Source of the DNA: Vicugna vicugna
Lineage: Eukaryota
Length of the DNA: 64,000 nucleotides
NCBI GenBank assembly: GCA_013265495.1
Contig: MU057744.1
Coordinates: forward strand, 1,825,524 to 1,889,523
Direction: 5' to 3'
A program made the translations under genes and the position numbers. This document shows positions 10,794 through 23,789 of this stretch, one piece after another. The notes under the pieces were generated by a model. The model saw nothing but the letters and a program-made list of their open reading frames with translations. It made no database searches and was not told where the DNA came from. How positions within the stretch are numbered: position 1 is the first letter of the stretch; every line of letters begins with the position of its first letter.

Positions 10794-12137
10794 GTAAGGT
10801 CTTCTTGGCTTACGACCCTTACTAAATGCATATTTTTAGTACACATACTGGTACAAAAGTGAGTGTATATGTAAACAAGTTCACAGATATACACGGTGCC
10901 TGTTGGGAGCTCATCTAAGAATATTTATTATGGCAAATGGTTAACTGACCCAATGTGGGAAGGTGTGAGGCTAGAGAGAGCAGAAAGGCATTAAGACAAA
11001 GCAGAAGATGACCAGGATCCTTTCTCTCTTTTCCTCCTTCTCTCAGTAGCAGGGGGAATGGGGACGTGTTACCAAGGGCTTTGGGAAGAGAGGGGAGTGT
11101 TAAGTTGATTTAGCCTAAAGAAATTTGATCACAGAACAGTTGTATGTAAACAGGTTGGACTGGCCTAGGAAATCCAGCCTGTGTCTTTTGAAATTAATTG
11201 ATGCCCAGGGAACTCCTGTATTAAGTCATATGTCAGGAGCCCAAATCTGTTAAGGGAATTCTCCCCTCTTTTCAGTCTAAGAACTTTTAAAATGGAATTG
11301 ATTGAGTGTTCTGAATGTGTGGCTCTTCCTCTCTTTACGCAGTGGTGTGGATAAGTCTGTGTTTCAGTGAAAGAAAACGAACCTCCTGTTCCTTAAGTGG
11401 TGAATATGTATGGCACCAATGATACTATTTTTACTTTATTTTAATGAGTAGTAAAAGTATATTAATCCAGTTTACAAATGAAGGACCACTAAATGACTGC
11501 CAGGAAGTTGCACTACATATATGTCTATATATAGGTAGATGTCATATGTATGTATGTGTATACATATGTATACACACATTAATATGTATTCTATAAATAG
11601 AAGGATACTCTAAAGTGGTAGAATTATTGCTTCAGACATAAAGCCTTCCTTTAGGGTACCTAATTATACCTGTTCTCTCTGTCTCTCAACTTACTAAAGT
11701 ACCACTGACGTTTTTGGAGGCAAGTGAGGAGGATAAAAGACCAGGGAGGTTTTAGGCAGGGCAGAACTGTAGGTTCAGACAGCACACAAAGCCAGAGAGG
11801 CCGGAGGGTCAGCCCCAGTAGCAGAACTGATTTTGACTCTTAAGAGAGTCTTTTCACCCTCTGCTTGGCTTTTATTTTGTACCACCTGCTGAGAGCCCTG
11901 ATCCCACAAGGACAGGGGAAACAGAGAAAGAAGGAGAAGGCAGCAATGAGTGACTCTTGCCTGTGAGGCCAAGGGGCAAGATTGCTTCACTCAGCGTCAT
12001 CTGCTGTTTTAGACATGGCGGCCTTGCTTTAAGCTGTGAATGGAAAACATTGCAAAACCCGAGAATTATTTCTCCTAAATATATTTCTCTCAATATTATT
12101 TTTCCTTCTTTTCTTTCCCTCTGTTTTCTTCAACTAG

Positions 12138-12281
12138 GAATTGAGCTGGATGAAGATGGGTCTCTGGATGGAAACAGTGATTTAACAATTAGAGGACGCC
12201 TGCTGTCCTTGGTGGAAAAGGTGACATACCTGAAGAAGAAGCAAGCCGAAAAGCCAGTTGAGAGTGCCGCCAAGAAGTCGT
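12138..12281 (+). CDS. RYR2: RYR2 exon 40 (144 nt; GIELDEDGS...AAKKS)
   Basis: caactag|GA ATT ... TCG T|gtaagc. Confidence 0.97.
12206..12208 (+). other. RYR2: Codon for the PKA site equivalent to human S2031 (mouse S2030), in RGRLLS
   Basis: TCC in AGA GGA CGC CTG CTG TCC; numbered by counting from recalled exon boundaries. Confidence 0.85.
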
Positions 12282-12353
12282 GTAAGCTATGAAGGGCACT
12301 GCCAAAGTGACCTGCCGCAGACAGCAGTTTATCATTTGAACGAGTATTGTACT

Positions 12354-12401
12354 AGATGAGCCAGTGAGAAAACTGAGAGATGAGCCAGTGAAAAAACTGA
12401 G
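12354..12401. repeat. 24-bp tandem duplication
   Basis: agatgagccagtgagaaaactgag / agatgagccagtgaaaaaactgag (23/24 identical). Confidence 0.9.
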
Positions 12402-13995
12402 TTTGCAGCTTCTAAGAATCAGACTCTTAGGGAGAGGCCTATAGCCACCAGAAGGAGACAGTGTCAGACTGTAGGAGCAGGCTGAGGGATGGCTGCATTG
12501 GAAGGGTGGACGGGCCCCGAGAGAACTAAAACTTTAGGTACTGGATCAGAGTCTGTCAGGAGAAAGCATGAAGCGAGTGACTGAGCCTTCATGTCTAAAT
12601 GTTATGCTCTTGATTTTCAAATGTTCTTGCGATCAAGTTAAACCTTCTCTAAAGATTTAGATATTGTCTGTAACTATATTTTGGTTGTGGAACATTTTCT
12701 CAAGTCTTAAGCATTTCTGATTCATCTATGTCCTGTTTAACTGAAAGGTAACAGTTGATACTCTGAAACCAAATAAGCACACAGAGGCGCTGGGCCTCTC
12801 AGACAGCGCACTTCTCCAGAGGGGCCCCGAAGTAGGTCTGGAGGCCAGCTGACTTCCTGTCTCACTTCTGAGACTCTGTTCATTCAAGATGCAGTGTTGG
12901 TTTATTAACAGCTTTTAATGAAAGAAAAAAAATAAACTCACAAACATTTTGTGGGTTTTTTCCCACTTACTTACAGTTACTTCTAAGCTAATTCTTCAGT
13001 ATCACAACCAAATTTGAGTCAGATCTTCTCCACAACCAGAGTTCAAACTTTCTTGTGAATCACTTTTTACCATGATCAGGTTTATGATTTTGACCTATTG
13101 AAAATGACTACATGGCTTTGAGACATGTGGAAGTATATTGACATCTTATCTAAATTTTGTATTTGGTTAAAACTGGTAGTTTTTATTTTTCCTTTAATAA
13201 TGTATAGATTAAAACAGGTTGAACAGCTCCTTTCGGAAATCAGCCAGTGTATTAGTGACAGGAATGAAGCCTCTGGGCCCGTCACCCCGTCACCCTGCTT
13301 AGCTGTGATAACTTTACCTTGTGTTTTATGAGGTTTGGAAGTTTTGTTGCTTTTAAGCGTACTGCAGTGTACACTGCGTGTCATGTTGCTAGCCATCGCC
13401 TGTGTCTGGGATAACTTTCCAGCTTAATACCGCTTCACAGTCAGATCCTTTTGAGGTCATTTAAGTGACAGTTAGGGGTCCAAATTGAAGTAAAAATATA
13501 ATTTCCTGAAGTCACTGCTACAGATGACTCAGATGAGGAGACAGTTGGATAAAGAGATGGCCCCTTGAGTGCCTATCCCGTGGCTGACCTTCATAAGGGT
13601 GAATTATGTCAGATCTCCTGGGACGAAAATAAGGGAACAAAGTAAGTAAAAGTAAAAGGAGCAGGACAGCTCGCCGATTGCCCTCTGGACTGCCAGCGGT
13701 AGTTTTGCAGAAGTGGCTACAATTTTGAAGCAGCCTAAATTCCTTAATTATAACAATTGTTTTTAGATAAAAGTTTGCTTATTTTTATCCTTGCACGTCT
13801 ATAACTCATCTTCTTTTGACAAACAAAAGTTTAAATGAAGGTTTTTGTGTTTTTTTCCCAAAAATTACCCCTAGTCTTTTCAGTTCCAGTGCAAACATAG
13901 AGACCAGTTTGGAGGTCTGAGATGGGCATTCGAAATGCCCAACTGCTTTATCCTGTTATTTCCTTTTTAAAGAAGTGTCCGTGATTCCTTTGCAG

Positions 13996-14269
13996 CCACT
14001 CTGCAGCAGCTGATATCCGAGACCATGGTCCGCTGGGCCCAAGAGTCTGTCATTGAAGACCCTGAGCTGGTGAGGGCCATGTTTGTGCTGCTCCACCGAC
14101 AGTATGACGGCATTGGGGGTCTGGTTCGTGCTCTGCCCAAGACCTACACTATCAACAGTGTTTCCGTCGAGGACACCATCAACCTGCTGGCATCTCTTGG
14201 TCAGATTCGCTCTCTGCTGAGCGTGAGAATGGGAAAAGAAGAAGAGAAGCTCATGATCCGTGGATTGGG
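13996..14269 (+). CDS. RYR2: RYR2 exon 41 (274 nt; [10 protein letters not shown]...LMIRGLG)
   Basis: tttgcag|CC ACT ... TTG GG|gtaagt. Confidence 0.97.
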
Positions 14270-15049
14270 GTAAGTTGTTTACCGGTTGCAAGCACTGCCT
14301 TCTAAGTGTCTCCTCTCTGATGATTTGTCCCTGTGACAGTTAGGGGCGTTAGCACAGATACACGGTCTAGACTGTATGGTCATTCAATTAGGTTGTCGTT
14401 TTTCTAGAGATTATGCTTTAAAGCTAAATAGGAAAATGGCTCAATAACAAAACTTGACTGATACTACAGTTAGGTGCTAAGGTGGCTATGATTCACAGCA
14501 AATGTCTTAGATTTTGTTTTTTAAATTAATTTCTCAGTAATGTGCGATCACGTATAAAAATACAGATGAATAAAAACACATGAAAATTCATGGGGGGACA
14601 AACATTCACCAGCAGGAAATAATAAGGAAATTTGTCTATATCTCCTGGGCCTTGAGAAGAGAATGGGGGAAAAAACAACTGTTCTGAGAGTTCAGCATCC
14701 GAGGCTGTGGTTCTAGGGGATTTCACAGCTAACATTTATGCCTCCTACATCGTCTAAGGATCCCCAAGCTGAGAAATTAACATATCCTTTGGCCTGGAGG
14801 TATGCTTTCTCAACTCAAGTCACTGAATCCTTGCAGGAAAAACCTACATGCTACCCCAAGATCAGCCCACAGTCAACAATTGCAGAGCACGTAAGGAAAC
14901 AATCCACCCTAGGCAAAGGTCTGCGGGTCCAGTAAACAGTGAACTTAGAACACCTCCCCCAAGGATATAAACAGGATGCCAGAGGGAGAACATAAAGTTG
15001 CTGTACTTAAAGTGTTTAAAAATACAAAGGAATAAATCAAATCCCCAAA

Positions 15050-16330
15050 AATAAGACACGCAAAAAGTCCATTAGGATTTGAAAAATATCCAGATAGTAG
15101 TTCCAGAAATGAAAAATATAATCATTGACATTAAAAGCAGTGAATGCATTGGAGTATAGCTAGATAATGCTGAGGAGAGTAACAGACTGAAGCCCGGGTC
15201 TGAGAAAGTAGTGACGGGGCCCTGAGAGGGAAGGAGGTCGGGGGCCTGGTCGCCGGCCTGAGAAGGGCCAGCGGATGACGGAGTAGCTGACCTACAGAAT
15301 GGGGGCTTTGAAGAGCAATTGGCTTGAGTTTTTCAGAACTGAAGAAAAACATGAATTCATAGATTCCTAAAAACAGTTTCATATCACCACTGGATATACT
15401 GTATTGAAACTGCATAAAACCAAGGATAAGTAGAATGTTTTGAAAGCAGGTAGAGACAGAAGCCAGCATACTTGCAAAGAAGCAACATTAATTCTCAGCA
15501 GCAGAACTAGAGATCGTAACTCAGAGCTGTCACAGAGTTCTAACAGGAAATGCCCGTCAATTCCGAACATGTTACTCAGCTGAGATTTCAGTGAAATGAG
15601 CTTCTGCTTTATGTGGGTTTGAATATTGGAGTTTATATCCTGTATTCAAGAGTGAGGGCAAAGCGAAGATGCTTCAGCATGTTAATTTACAGCGTCTCAC
15701 AGAAAGACCTTCTAAAGGCTGTACATTCAGAAAAAGAAAATGGAATTCAAAAGAATGGGAGTGGTTAGTTTTAGTGAGTATATTACTGGTGCATATATGC
15801 GTGTACCTAAGCAATCATTAACCAGCTTTCTCGATCGGGGGATATGAAAACATGAGGGAATTAATATACCAGAGAAATATTAAAGCTTAAATTAGGCTAC
15901 ATGATATTTGTAAGAAAAAAATACCTAAACATAAGGATGTAAAAATTTGAAATGTAGAATGTTGAAAAGTGATTTAAAGGAGAAATACTCAGCTCCCCCA
16001 CAGAAGCTAATCTAGTTAAATAAATAACAGATAAAAGAGGAGACAATGAAGATAACATAGATAAAATAAAATACAAAGAAACCATAAAAAGGGTTGAAGA
16101 AACCCAGAGTCCAGAGTTGGTTCTTTGAAAAACAATTCAGTGTTTTCTTTGGCAAAAGAAAATCTGAGACGAAAAAAGCAAAGCATTTAAAGACTCAGAT
16201 TGTGTGATATCGTTTATGCATATTTTAAATTCAGAACACAATACTACGTATTGTCCGTGGGCCTGTTATGTATTTGAAACCATACAAATAAGCTGGAAGG
16301 TTATATTCCAAGCATCATCGCAGTGATTGC
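15050..16330 (+). mobile_element. Highly decayed L1ME/HAL1-like fragments (ORF1-like stretch, ORF2 scrap, 3' end)
   Basis: A-rich ORF1-like sequence ccagaaatgaaaaatataatcattgacattaaaa and the ORF2 motif agttggttctttgaaaa. Confidence 0.55.
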
Positions 16331-17320
16331 ACAGTAAAAACCAGCATGCTGACGGGACGGAGAGGGAGAGCAGAAAGCCTGCACAGACAGCAGCGCTCGC
16401 TTTGTGTCCTTCACTTAATTGTCTCGGCGTGAGCCTGGTTCTGGAATACCAGCTCTTAACTCTAACCCGAGGAGGGCTCTCATGAGGAGTGATCTCACTT
16501 AGTCAAACGAGAAAGGAAGGCTTCCGGGAGATGGGGAGCGCTTTCCTTCTTAAATGACCGTACAACAGTAATACATGCTGCTGACATCTAAACTGCACAG
16601 TGGGGGTGAAACTCAAGTGATTATGAAACAAGATCAGATGTTACTTTTTTGTGGTGTTAGAAATGTCCCCAAATGACACATTTAGTAAGTGACAGCCTGC
16701 CTATGGTTGGTAGAATTATAAATCCACTTAACTGACCTAGAACTAAAGGCAAACGAGATTTTTCAATTAAATGCTTTCCAAAGTTAGGTCATGCAAAAGG
16801 ATTTGCATTAACGGGAGAATAAATCTCATGATTACATCTGTGGTTTGAGAGTTGGAGGTCCTCTTGCTGAACATGCTGCTGTCTGACATGAACCAGAGGA
16901 CGTCTTTCTTTACCTTCTCTGTCCTTGCATGAAGTAGATGAGACCTGTATTAGCCCTGGGCCCCCATGTCATTTTTCTGAGTTGTGCTACGTGAAAGCTC
17001 TCTTCGTTACTACAGAACCAAACCGAACTAAATTAAAAGTGGAAAGTTAAAAATTTAAACTAAATTAAAACTAAAAAAAGAGAAGAAAAAATTATACAAG
17101 AATCACATTCCACTTTCTTGATATAGCTGGAGCAAGTAAAAGTTAGCATATGACTGAATGAATAGGTGAGTGACTCAAGGTAGTCAGATCCAAAGAGGAA
17201 GTCTCAGGTTTCTTGCAGGTTTTACATTATTGTTGTGCTATGGTTCTGCATGGTTTGCTCAAATAAAAATCCACAGAGCTCTTTATTTGCAATGACTGCT
17301 AAATATTAAGATCCTTATTT

Positions 17321-17445
17321 GGGGGTGGGGGGGTATAGCTTGGTGGTAGAGTGTGTGCTTGGCTTGCATGAGGTCCTGGGTTCAATCCTCAGTGCCTTCG
17401 TTAAGGGGGAAAAATTAAAACAATGATAAAACCACGACCAACTAA
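17321..17445 (+). mobile_element. tRNA-derived SINE, camelid Vic-1-like
   Basis: ggggtatagcttggtggtagag (A box) ... gtcctgggttcaatcctcagt (B box), then an A-rich tail. Confidence 0.8.
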
Positions 17446-18161
17446 AAATCTTTTCTAAAAAAATCTTTAGGAGTACTTTTACATACATGTGATAATATGT
17501 AATGCAATAGTAATAATATAAAACACTCTGGGTATCATCTGCTGCTGTTTCTTAAAATTAAATGTTCAGTTTAATGCGTTGGATGACTTGTACCTGGACT
17601 TCATATGTATTCAGTTCCTCTTGAAGAATATGTATCCTTTAAAAGCATTTCACCAGAATGATAACCTAAATGTAGCAGGAAATAACACTACTATTATTAA
17701 ATATACAAATAATGACTATTGTACTAAAACAGCATATATGAAAAGCAGAGATACTGATACAACAATTATTTATATAGGAATTTTCATAAAAACATGGTAT
17801 AACACTGCTTCATATTTCTATACAAAATAAGGTTGAACAAAATAAGGTAGAATTTTAATATCCATAAAATTAGGAATGATGTGTCCAAAACTCTATTTCA
17901 TAAAAGTGAATGTTTACATATTTAGTGTATTTCTTACAATTGAAAAGAATAGACAACTTGTATACTATTTTTGGCTGTCAGTATTTCTGAGGAAAACTCA
18001 ATTGTGCTTATTAACTTTTATGGCATAACTCTTGACTGCTCTTACTTTCCCATACATGCCAGTAATTATTTCCAGAAGATTCATCATGATCTCAGACAAA
18101 TTCTTATTTAAATTTTCCTCTGGCTTCTGTGTCCCACTCATACCTGTGCTGTCCTTTCTAG

Positions 18162-18276
18162 GGATATCATGAATAATAAAGTATTCTACCAGCACCCTAA
18201 TCTCATGAGGGCGCTTGGGATGCACGAGACAGTGATGGAGGTCATGGTGAACGTCCTTGGAGGTGGAGAGTCCAAG
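18162..18276 (+). CDS. RYR2: RYR2 exon 42 (115 nt; [12 protein letters not shown]...GGESK)
   Basis: tttctag|G GAT ATC ... TCC AAG|gtaagg; not in the ORF track, read manually. Confidence 0.96.
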
Positions 18277-18448
18277 GTAAGGGAGGCCCTTCGACTCTTG
18301 GGATGCTGTTTATTGTAACTTTCTGGAGCAAATGCATTGCATGTTCTTAATGAGAATTTCTTAAATCCTCATAGGACTATGTTTTAAAGAACACCTTTTA
18401 AAAAAAAACAAATAAAATCTTACAGATTGAGAGCTGGAAATGTTTCTG

Positions 18449-18746
18449 CAGTCATCCACCAGTATCCACAGGAGGCTGGGTGCAGATCTTCCTGCAGAAA
18501 CTGAAATCCGAGGATGCTCAAGTCCCTTAGATAAAATGGCGGAGTATTTGCATATAACCTATGCACACCCTCCCATACACTTTAAATCGTCACTAGACCA
18601 CTTATGATGCCTAATACAATGTGAATGCTCTGTAAACTGTTGCTGGCACATAGTGAATCCAGGTTTTGCTTTTTAAAAGTTTCTGCAATTGTTGTTTTTT
18701 TGTTGAATCTGCAGATGTGGCACCCACAGATACAGAGGACTGACTG
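18449..18746. mobile_element. MER2/MER2B non-autonomous Tigger (TcMar) DNA transposon
   Basis: Imperfect terminal inverted repeats cagtcatccaccagtatccacagg / cccacagatacagaggactgactg; internal ggatgctcaagtcccttagataaaatggc. Confidence 0.85.
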
Positions 18747-19954
18747 TTTTTTTCTTTGATACTGATAACAGTTTTTCTTATGCCATGAAATTTGCTATCT
18801 CCTAAATTATTTATATTTAGCGGATGTTGAGAAACTTTTAAAGTTAATACTATGCTAATTTTGTAAAATTTTGAATTATAAATCCACTTCCATCATATTA
18901 GAAGTCCTTAACACAAACAATGCCCCTCAGATCTAAACACTCTCTTGTTTCAGACAACAGTTGGTTCTGCTAAATTCTTGATCCAGACCAAGATTTTAAG
19001 GAGATGCTCTATAGTATTTATTGTAAGAGTCTAAAGTGAATTTTTAAGTGATTAAAATTTAAAATAAAGTTCTTCAAGACCAGATGAATAGAGTAATATA
19101 ACAAATAACTTCATGTAAAACAGTATAATTTCATGACCTCTTATTTTCAAAATGTTTCCCTTTCTTTGGGAAATTTTTAAATATATTTTTCAAAACAGAA
19201 ACGAGTCCATATTTCTCATGTTCAGTTTACCAGTGAGACTTACAAAGATATTTATAAACTATTCTGTTTAAGAAGGACTTGGAGTCCTTGGGGATCGTCT
19301 GCGACGTACTCGGATAAGACTTGGGTCTCAGGGAAGTTGTGTTTGGTGGGGCCACCAGGCAGACCTTCCGGTGAGGGTGTTCGTCACAGGAGACAGGTCA
19401 CGTGCCAGTCAGGGAAGATTCCTGCAGTCTTAACAACAACACTGACGAGAAGAACATCAGATTAGGTGGTTCCAAATAGTAAGCTGGGTATTTTTCACAA
19501 ACGGTTTCACTGAACTCTCTCTCCTTTACCTGGAGTCAGTGCTATCCGTCTTATTCCAAGTCTACAGAGCGTAGTCAGTGTGGCTGCGTCATTTCCCAAG
19601 GAAGCGCAGTGGTAGTGCTAGTCAGGAGTGGTGCAGTGGTAGTGGTAGTCAGAAGCCACAGTGGAGCCTGCCTCGTTCCTAAACCAGGCTCATGCCCCAC
19701 TGGGACCTGGGGCTGCAGATTAATTCCAGATCAACCCATCCATTGCAGCGAGGTTTCTAAAACAGTGCCAGGCTTGCTTCTTGGTCGCTCCGGGACGGGG
19801 TGAGTCAAAGTCTGGACGTCTGGAGGTCTTCCATACCCAGGGCTTGGCAGACATGGGCACATGTGCACTGGCAGTGTGATCGGGACTTCAGCTTCTGGAC
19901 TCAGCTTTATGAAGGTCGTTTGCTTTCTCAGCTCACTCAGTGCTCTTTCTGCAG

Positions 19955-20087
19955 GAAATCACTTTCCCCAAGATGGTGGCCAACTGCTGCCGTTTCCTCT
20001 GTTACTTCTGTCGAATAAGCAGGCAGAATCAGAAAGCCATGTTTGACCATCTCAGTTACTTACTGGAGAACAGCAGTGTTGGTCTCG
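19955..20087 (+). CDS. RYR2: RYR2 exon 43 (133 nt; [14 protein letters not shown]...SSVGL)
   Basis: tctgcag|GAA ATC ... CTC G|gtgagt. Confidence 0.96.
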
Positions 20088-20289
20088 GTGAGTGAATCTT
20101 CGTTTAATCTCTAAGACAAGAGGAATACACATATTACACTTCAAAGTTAAACATTAACGTAAATGCATTTGGGTCAGTGCGCTATGCACTGCATTTAGGA
20201 AGTAAAGTCCAGTGAGAGTGTGCCCTTAGCTGGAATTCATAGATGGCAGCACGAGTCAAATTTTGATTCATCTTTGTTTCAACCAACAG

Positions 20290-20393
20290 CCTCACCAGCT
20301 ATGAGGGGGTCAACGCCGCTGGACGTGGCCGCAGCCTCCGTGATGGATAATAATGAGCTCGCCCTGGCTCTGCGGGAGCCAGATCTGGAAAAG
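20290..20393 (+). CDS. RYR2: RYR2 exon 44 (104 nt; [10 protein letters not shown]...EPDLEK)
   Basis: ccaacag|CC TCA ... GAA AAG|gtagcg. Confidence 0.96.
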
Positions 20394-20879
20394 GTAGCGG
20401 CACTGCTGCCCCGGGTGTTCGTGCGGGTCACGCTTGTTCACAGCTGTTTCTCACGATATTTAAATATAACTGTACTGTGGCTGCTGTTATACTGCTACAA
20501 TTACAACGTACACTGTGTTACACATTTGTCACATGCATAAGGTTATAGTTGTAAGCTGCAAAGAACAAGAAGTAGGAGATAAGGTATTTCCTCTGATCAC
20601 GAGTTATCTTCCAGAAAGAGAATCAGCTCTCTCCATACTTGTGAGTGTTTTTGTCTTCTCACTGTAATCTGCTGTCACTGTTGCTTTAATTATACAGTTT
20701 CAGTTTCTTAAAAGGTTGTTTCAGCATCTTATATGTACAATTTATATTACTCAGAAGTTTGCATGTTACAGTGCAAGGTATCAGTGACATACGAAAGGCC
20801 ATGCACTCTAAGCATATTAAACCACATATATGTTTGCCAAAATATAGATGTTTCCCCACATTTTAATTGCAGTTGCATT

Positions 20880-21495
20880 CTAAGTGGTCTTCTGGATCTC
20901 TCCCTTGCCCCCCCACTTAGCAGCCAGAGGGAACCTCTTGAAAGGATCATATTAATCCTCTGCTCACAACTCTCCAGAGGCTTCCTATCTCACTTTGAGC
21001 AAAAACTAAAGGCATTATAATAGCTCCTACCCCATACGATTTCACATAATCAGTCTTATTTCATGTCCTGCAACTCTCCTGGTCTCTCTTTTTGCTCCAG
21101 CCACACTGGACCCCTTGCTGTCGCTGGAGCTTACTGGGTATGCTCCTGCCCCAGGGCCTTTGCACTTGCTGTTCCCTCTATTTGCAGTATTATTCTGTTA
21201 GACAGCCTCCTGGCTCTTCTCCAAACATCCTTCCAGTCATTGCTCCACAGCCGCCTTCTTTTTAGCTCCTCCATGGCCATACTATAGTTTAAATATTTAT
21301 GGTTTAAAATTATATTTTAATATAAATATGTTTTACCAAAATCATTATGTTTATGTATTTTTCAAAATGAACTCCTTACCATAATGTAAGGCCAGTGAGT
21401 TCAGGGCATTGTTTTCTCTGTTGCTCACTGCTTTGTCCCCATCTCGAGAATAGCATTGGCACTGGGTGGGCACTCAGTGCATGGCTGCTGAAGTC
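20880..21495 (+). mobile_element. LINE-2 3' region
   Basis: ctccagccacactgg...cccagggcctttgcacttgctgttccctct and the terminal aatgtaag...cagggc...ggcactcagt motif. Confidence 0.8.
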
Positions 21496-21624
21496 ATGAA
21501 AAAATGAGCTCTTCCCCAAATCCTCTGACCTGCTGGTCAAGGACTGTGAAGCCCTGCATCTTTGCCTGACCTCCAGGGGACTTCCTCCCATACATAATCG
21601 GAGAGCTCATTATCTACACACTGA

Positions 21625-22262
21625 TAAGGCAGCTGATATTGAGAGGCAGACGTGCCAAACGCTGAGCAGGGTGTGGAGCACCTAGAACCCTCGCTTACTG
21701 CTGTCGGCATGACAAGTGGTTAAGTCAGTTGGAAAACAGTTTGGCAGTTTTTCAATAAGTTAAACGTGCATCTGTCATCAATGTACACCTAACCTTTCCG
21801 CTCTTAAATGTCCACACAAAGACATGTACGTGAATGCTGATGATGGCTTTATTCATCTGAGCCAAAAACTGGAGACAACTCACATGTTTATCAGCTGGTG
21901 AATAAATAAAACTGGGGTATTTCCAGATGCAGAAGAACACTGTTCTTAGGCTATAAAAAGGAATGTAGTCCTGACACATGCTACAGCGTGGATGAATCTC
22001 AAAATCATTACTCTAGTGAAAGAAGGCAGGCCCAGAAAGACCCACACTGGGTAGCTGCACGTGTCAGTGTCCTAGAACACGCAAGCTAGCTGGTCGTGGC
22101 AGGAGGCAGGTTGTCACGGCTGAGGCTTGCAGGGACGGGTGGGCTGCAGAGGGCACGGGGCCTGAGGGGCATGTTCTCAGCTCGGTTACTTGCCCTCTTA
22201 CAGGGGGATGACTCTCTCAGAGCTCACTGAGTTGATCACACAAAAATTACACCTCAGTAAGG
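21625..22262 (+). mobile_element. Old LINE-1 3' end (L1ME/L1MB-like)
   Basis: ttggaaaacagtttggcagttt...tgtccacacaaagacatgtac...acatgctacagcgtggatgaatctc. Confidence 0.8.
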
Positions 22263-22921
22263 ATGATGTAAAAGATTTTTAGCTGTATTATTTGTTTGTT
22301 TTTAAGACTGACCTAGCTTGGGACTGAGCCGGGTATAACTTTGGTAAGTTGCTCCTCTAATGATCCGCTGCCATCAGGAGTGACTCCGTGAGGGATCTCC
22401 TTTAAAACTGGTTCTGTTGTGAAATCTTGCCAAGGACCAGCATTCTTGTAAGACAGAATATGTTCAAAGGCAAAGCTAAGCAGAAATTTTAATGTGTTCA
22501 AGAATACAGAAAGGTAGTATTATCCGAAAATTTGGAAGTAATTCACTTCTTTAAAATACCCTTTTGTCTCAGATAGATTAAGGTTTTATGCTGGGCCAGA
22601 GGTCATTAAGGATTTTTGAGGTTTACCAAGTATGACTTCTGTGGGTAAAAGTCTCAAGTGATGTGAAATTTAGGAATAGTTTTCTTTCATAGAGTTGGTC
22701 CATATACATTTTTACTATGATAGCACTTGGTTGTGATTTATCAGTATTTCTCAATTCTAAGGTGTTACTAATGGAAGTTCCTGTCGATTGTCATATTAAA
22801 AAGAACTTGCATAGATGCATTTGTTTTAAACCATCCTTTGAAGATACCATTTAGCACGTCTAGCGCCAGCATCTAAGTTCTCACAAGGCGGTAACGCTCT
22901 TGCTTACCCTCTTTGCTGTAG

Positions 22922-23057
22922 GTGGTCCGCTATCTGGCTGGCTGTGGACTGCAGAGCTGCCAGATGCTGGTGTCGAAGGGCTATCCAGACATCGGCTGGA
23001 ATCCTGTCGAAGGAGAGAGATACCTCGACTTTCTCAGATTTGCTGTGTTCTGTAACG
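22922..23057 (+). CDS. RYR2: RYR2 exon 45 (136 nt; VVRYLAGCG...AVFCN)
   Basis: gctgtag|GTG GTC ... AAC G|gtagga. Confidence 0.97.
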
Positions 23058-23602
23058 GTAGGATGGGTTGCTTTGGGTCTTTAAGGTCCTTACTGAAACT
23101 GCATAAAAACAGACGTGTAAAATAGTGAGGCGTCCCAGCGTTTCCGTGGAGGAGTAAATGGGGGTAAAGAAATTGGACATTTTGTAACCAGTAGTTTTTT
23201 TCACGGTAATAAAATACTTGATAATATTTATTTTGACCGTGATGCTGGGCTTTCACTATTAAATTACAATTTTTAGGCACTTGCATTCTTGCTGTTTTAT
23301 AATTAGATTCTAATAATAGCTAGGATCACGCCTTCATTTCCTATAACGAGCTGACAGAAATGAATAGTTCATGCCTCCGTCATGCTTTTCTGTACTGTGC
23401 AAATTTCAAGTGTACAGAAAGAAATGCAGTGTCTCACTAGCTGTCTTACAGAAGCTGGTCATTTGGATTCAGCTCCGACTCTGCTGCTGCCTTATTTGGT
23501 TTTAGTTATTTTTCTTTAAACACAAAGCAGTTCGTGTCACGTCTGTGTGCTTAGGTCTCCATGTAGTCAGCGTTTGTCTCCTCCTGCCCCGTCTGCTCTC
23601 AG

Positions 23603-23789
23603 GGGAGAGTGTGGAGGAGAACGCCAACGTCGTGGTCAGACTGCTCATCCGGAGGCCTGAGTGCTTCGGCCCCGCCCTGCGGGGGGAAGGTGGGGACGGT
23701 CTGCTCGCAGCCATGGAAGAGGCCATCAAGATAGCCGGAGACCCTTCTCGCGATGGTCCCTCCCCGACCAGCGGCTCCAGCAAAACCCT
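23603..23789 (+). CDS. RYR2: RYR2 exon 46 (187 nt; GESVEENAN...SGSSKTL)
   Basis: ctctcag|GG GAG ... ACC CT|gtaggt. Confidence 0.96.

Noticed and set aside
11555..11600. Perfect 22-bp palindrome tgtgtatacatatgtatacaca next to a MEF2-like site ctataaatag (11591-11600)
   Set aside because: The palindrome sits in a TA/TG low-complexity tract, and a few MEF2-like 10-mers (also 26990-26999) are expected by chance in 64 kb of AT-rich DNA; no conservation evidence is available here.
17331..17400. tRNA-like sequences (also ~50065-50139, minus strand)
   Set aside because: A and B boxes are present, but stems are degenerate and each copy has a SINE tail, so these are SINEs rather than tRNA genes.
19606..19655. 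Short direct repeats (gcagtggtagtg(c/g)tagtcag, twice), also 56430-56475 and 55685-55735
   Set aside because: Ordinary local slippage duplications; no repeat-spacer array, so not CRISPR-like.
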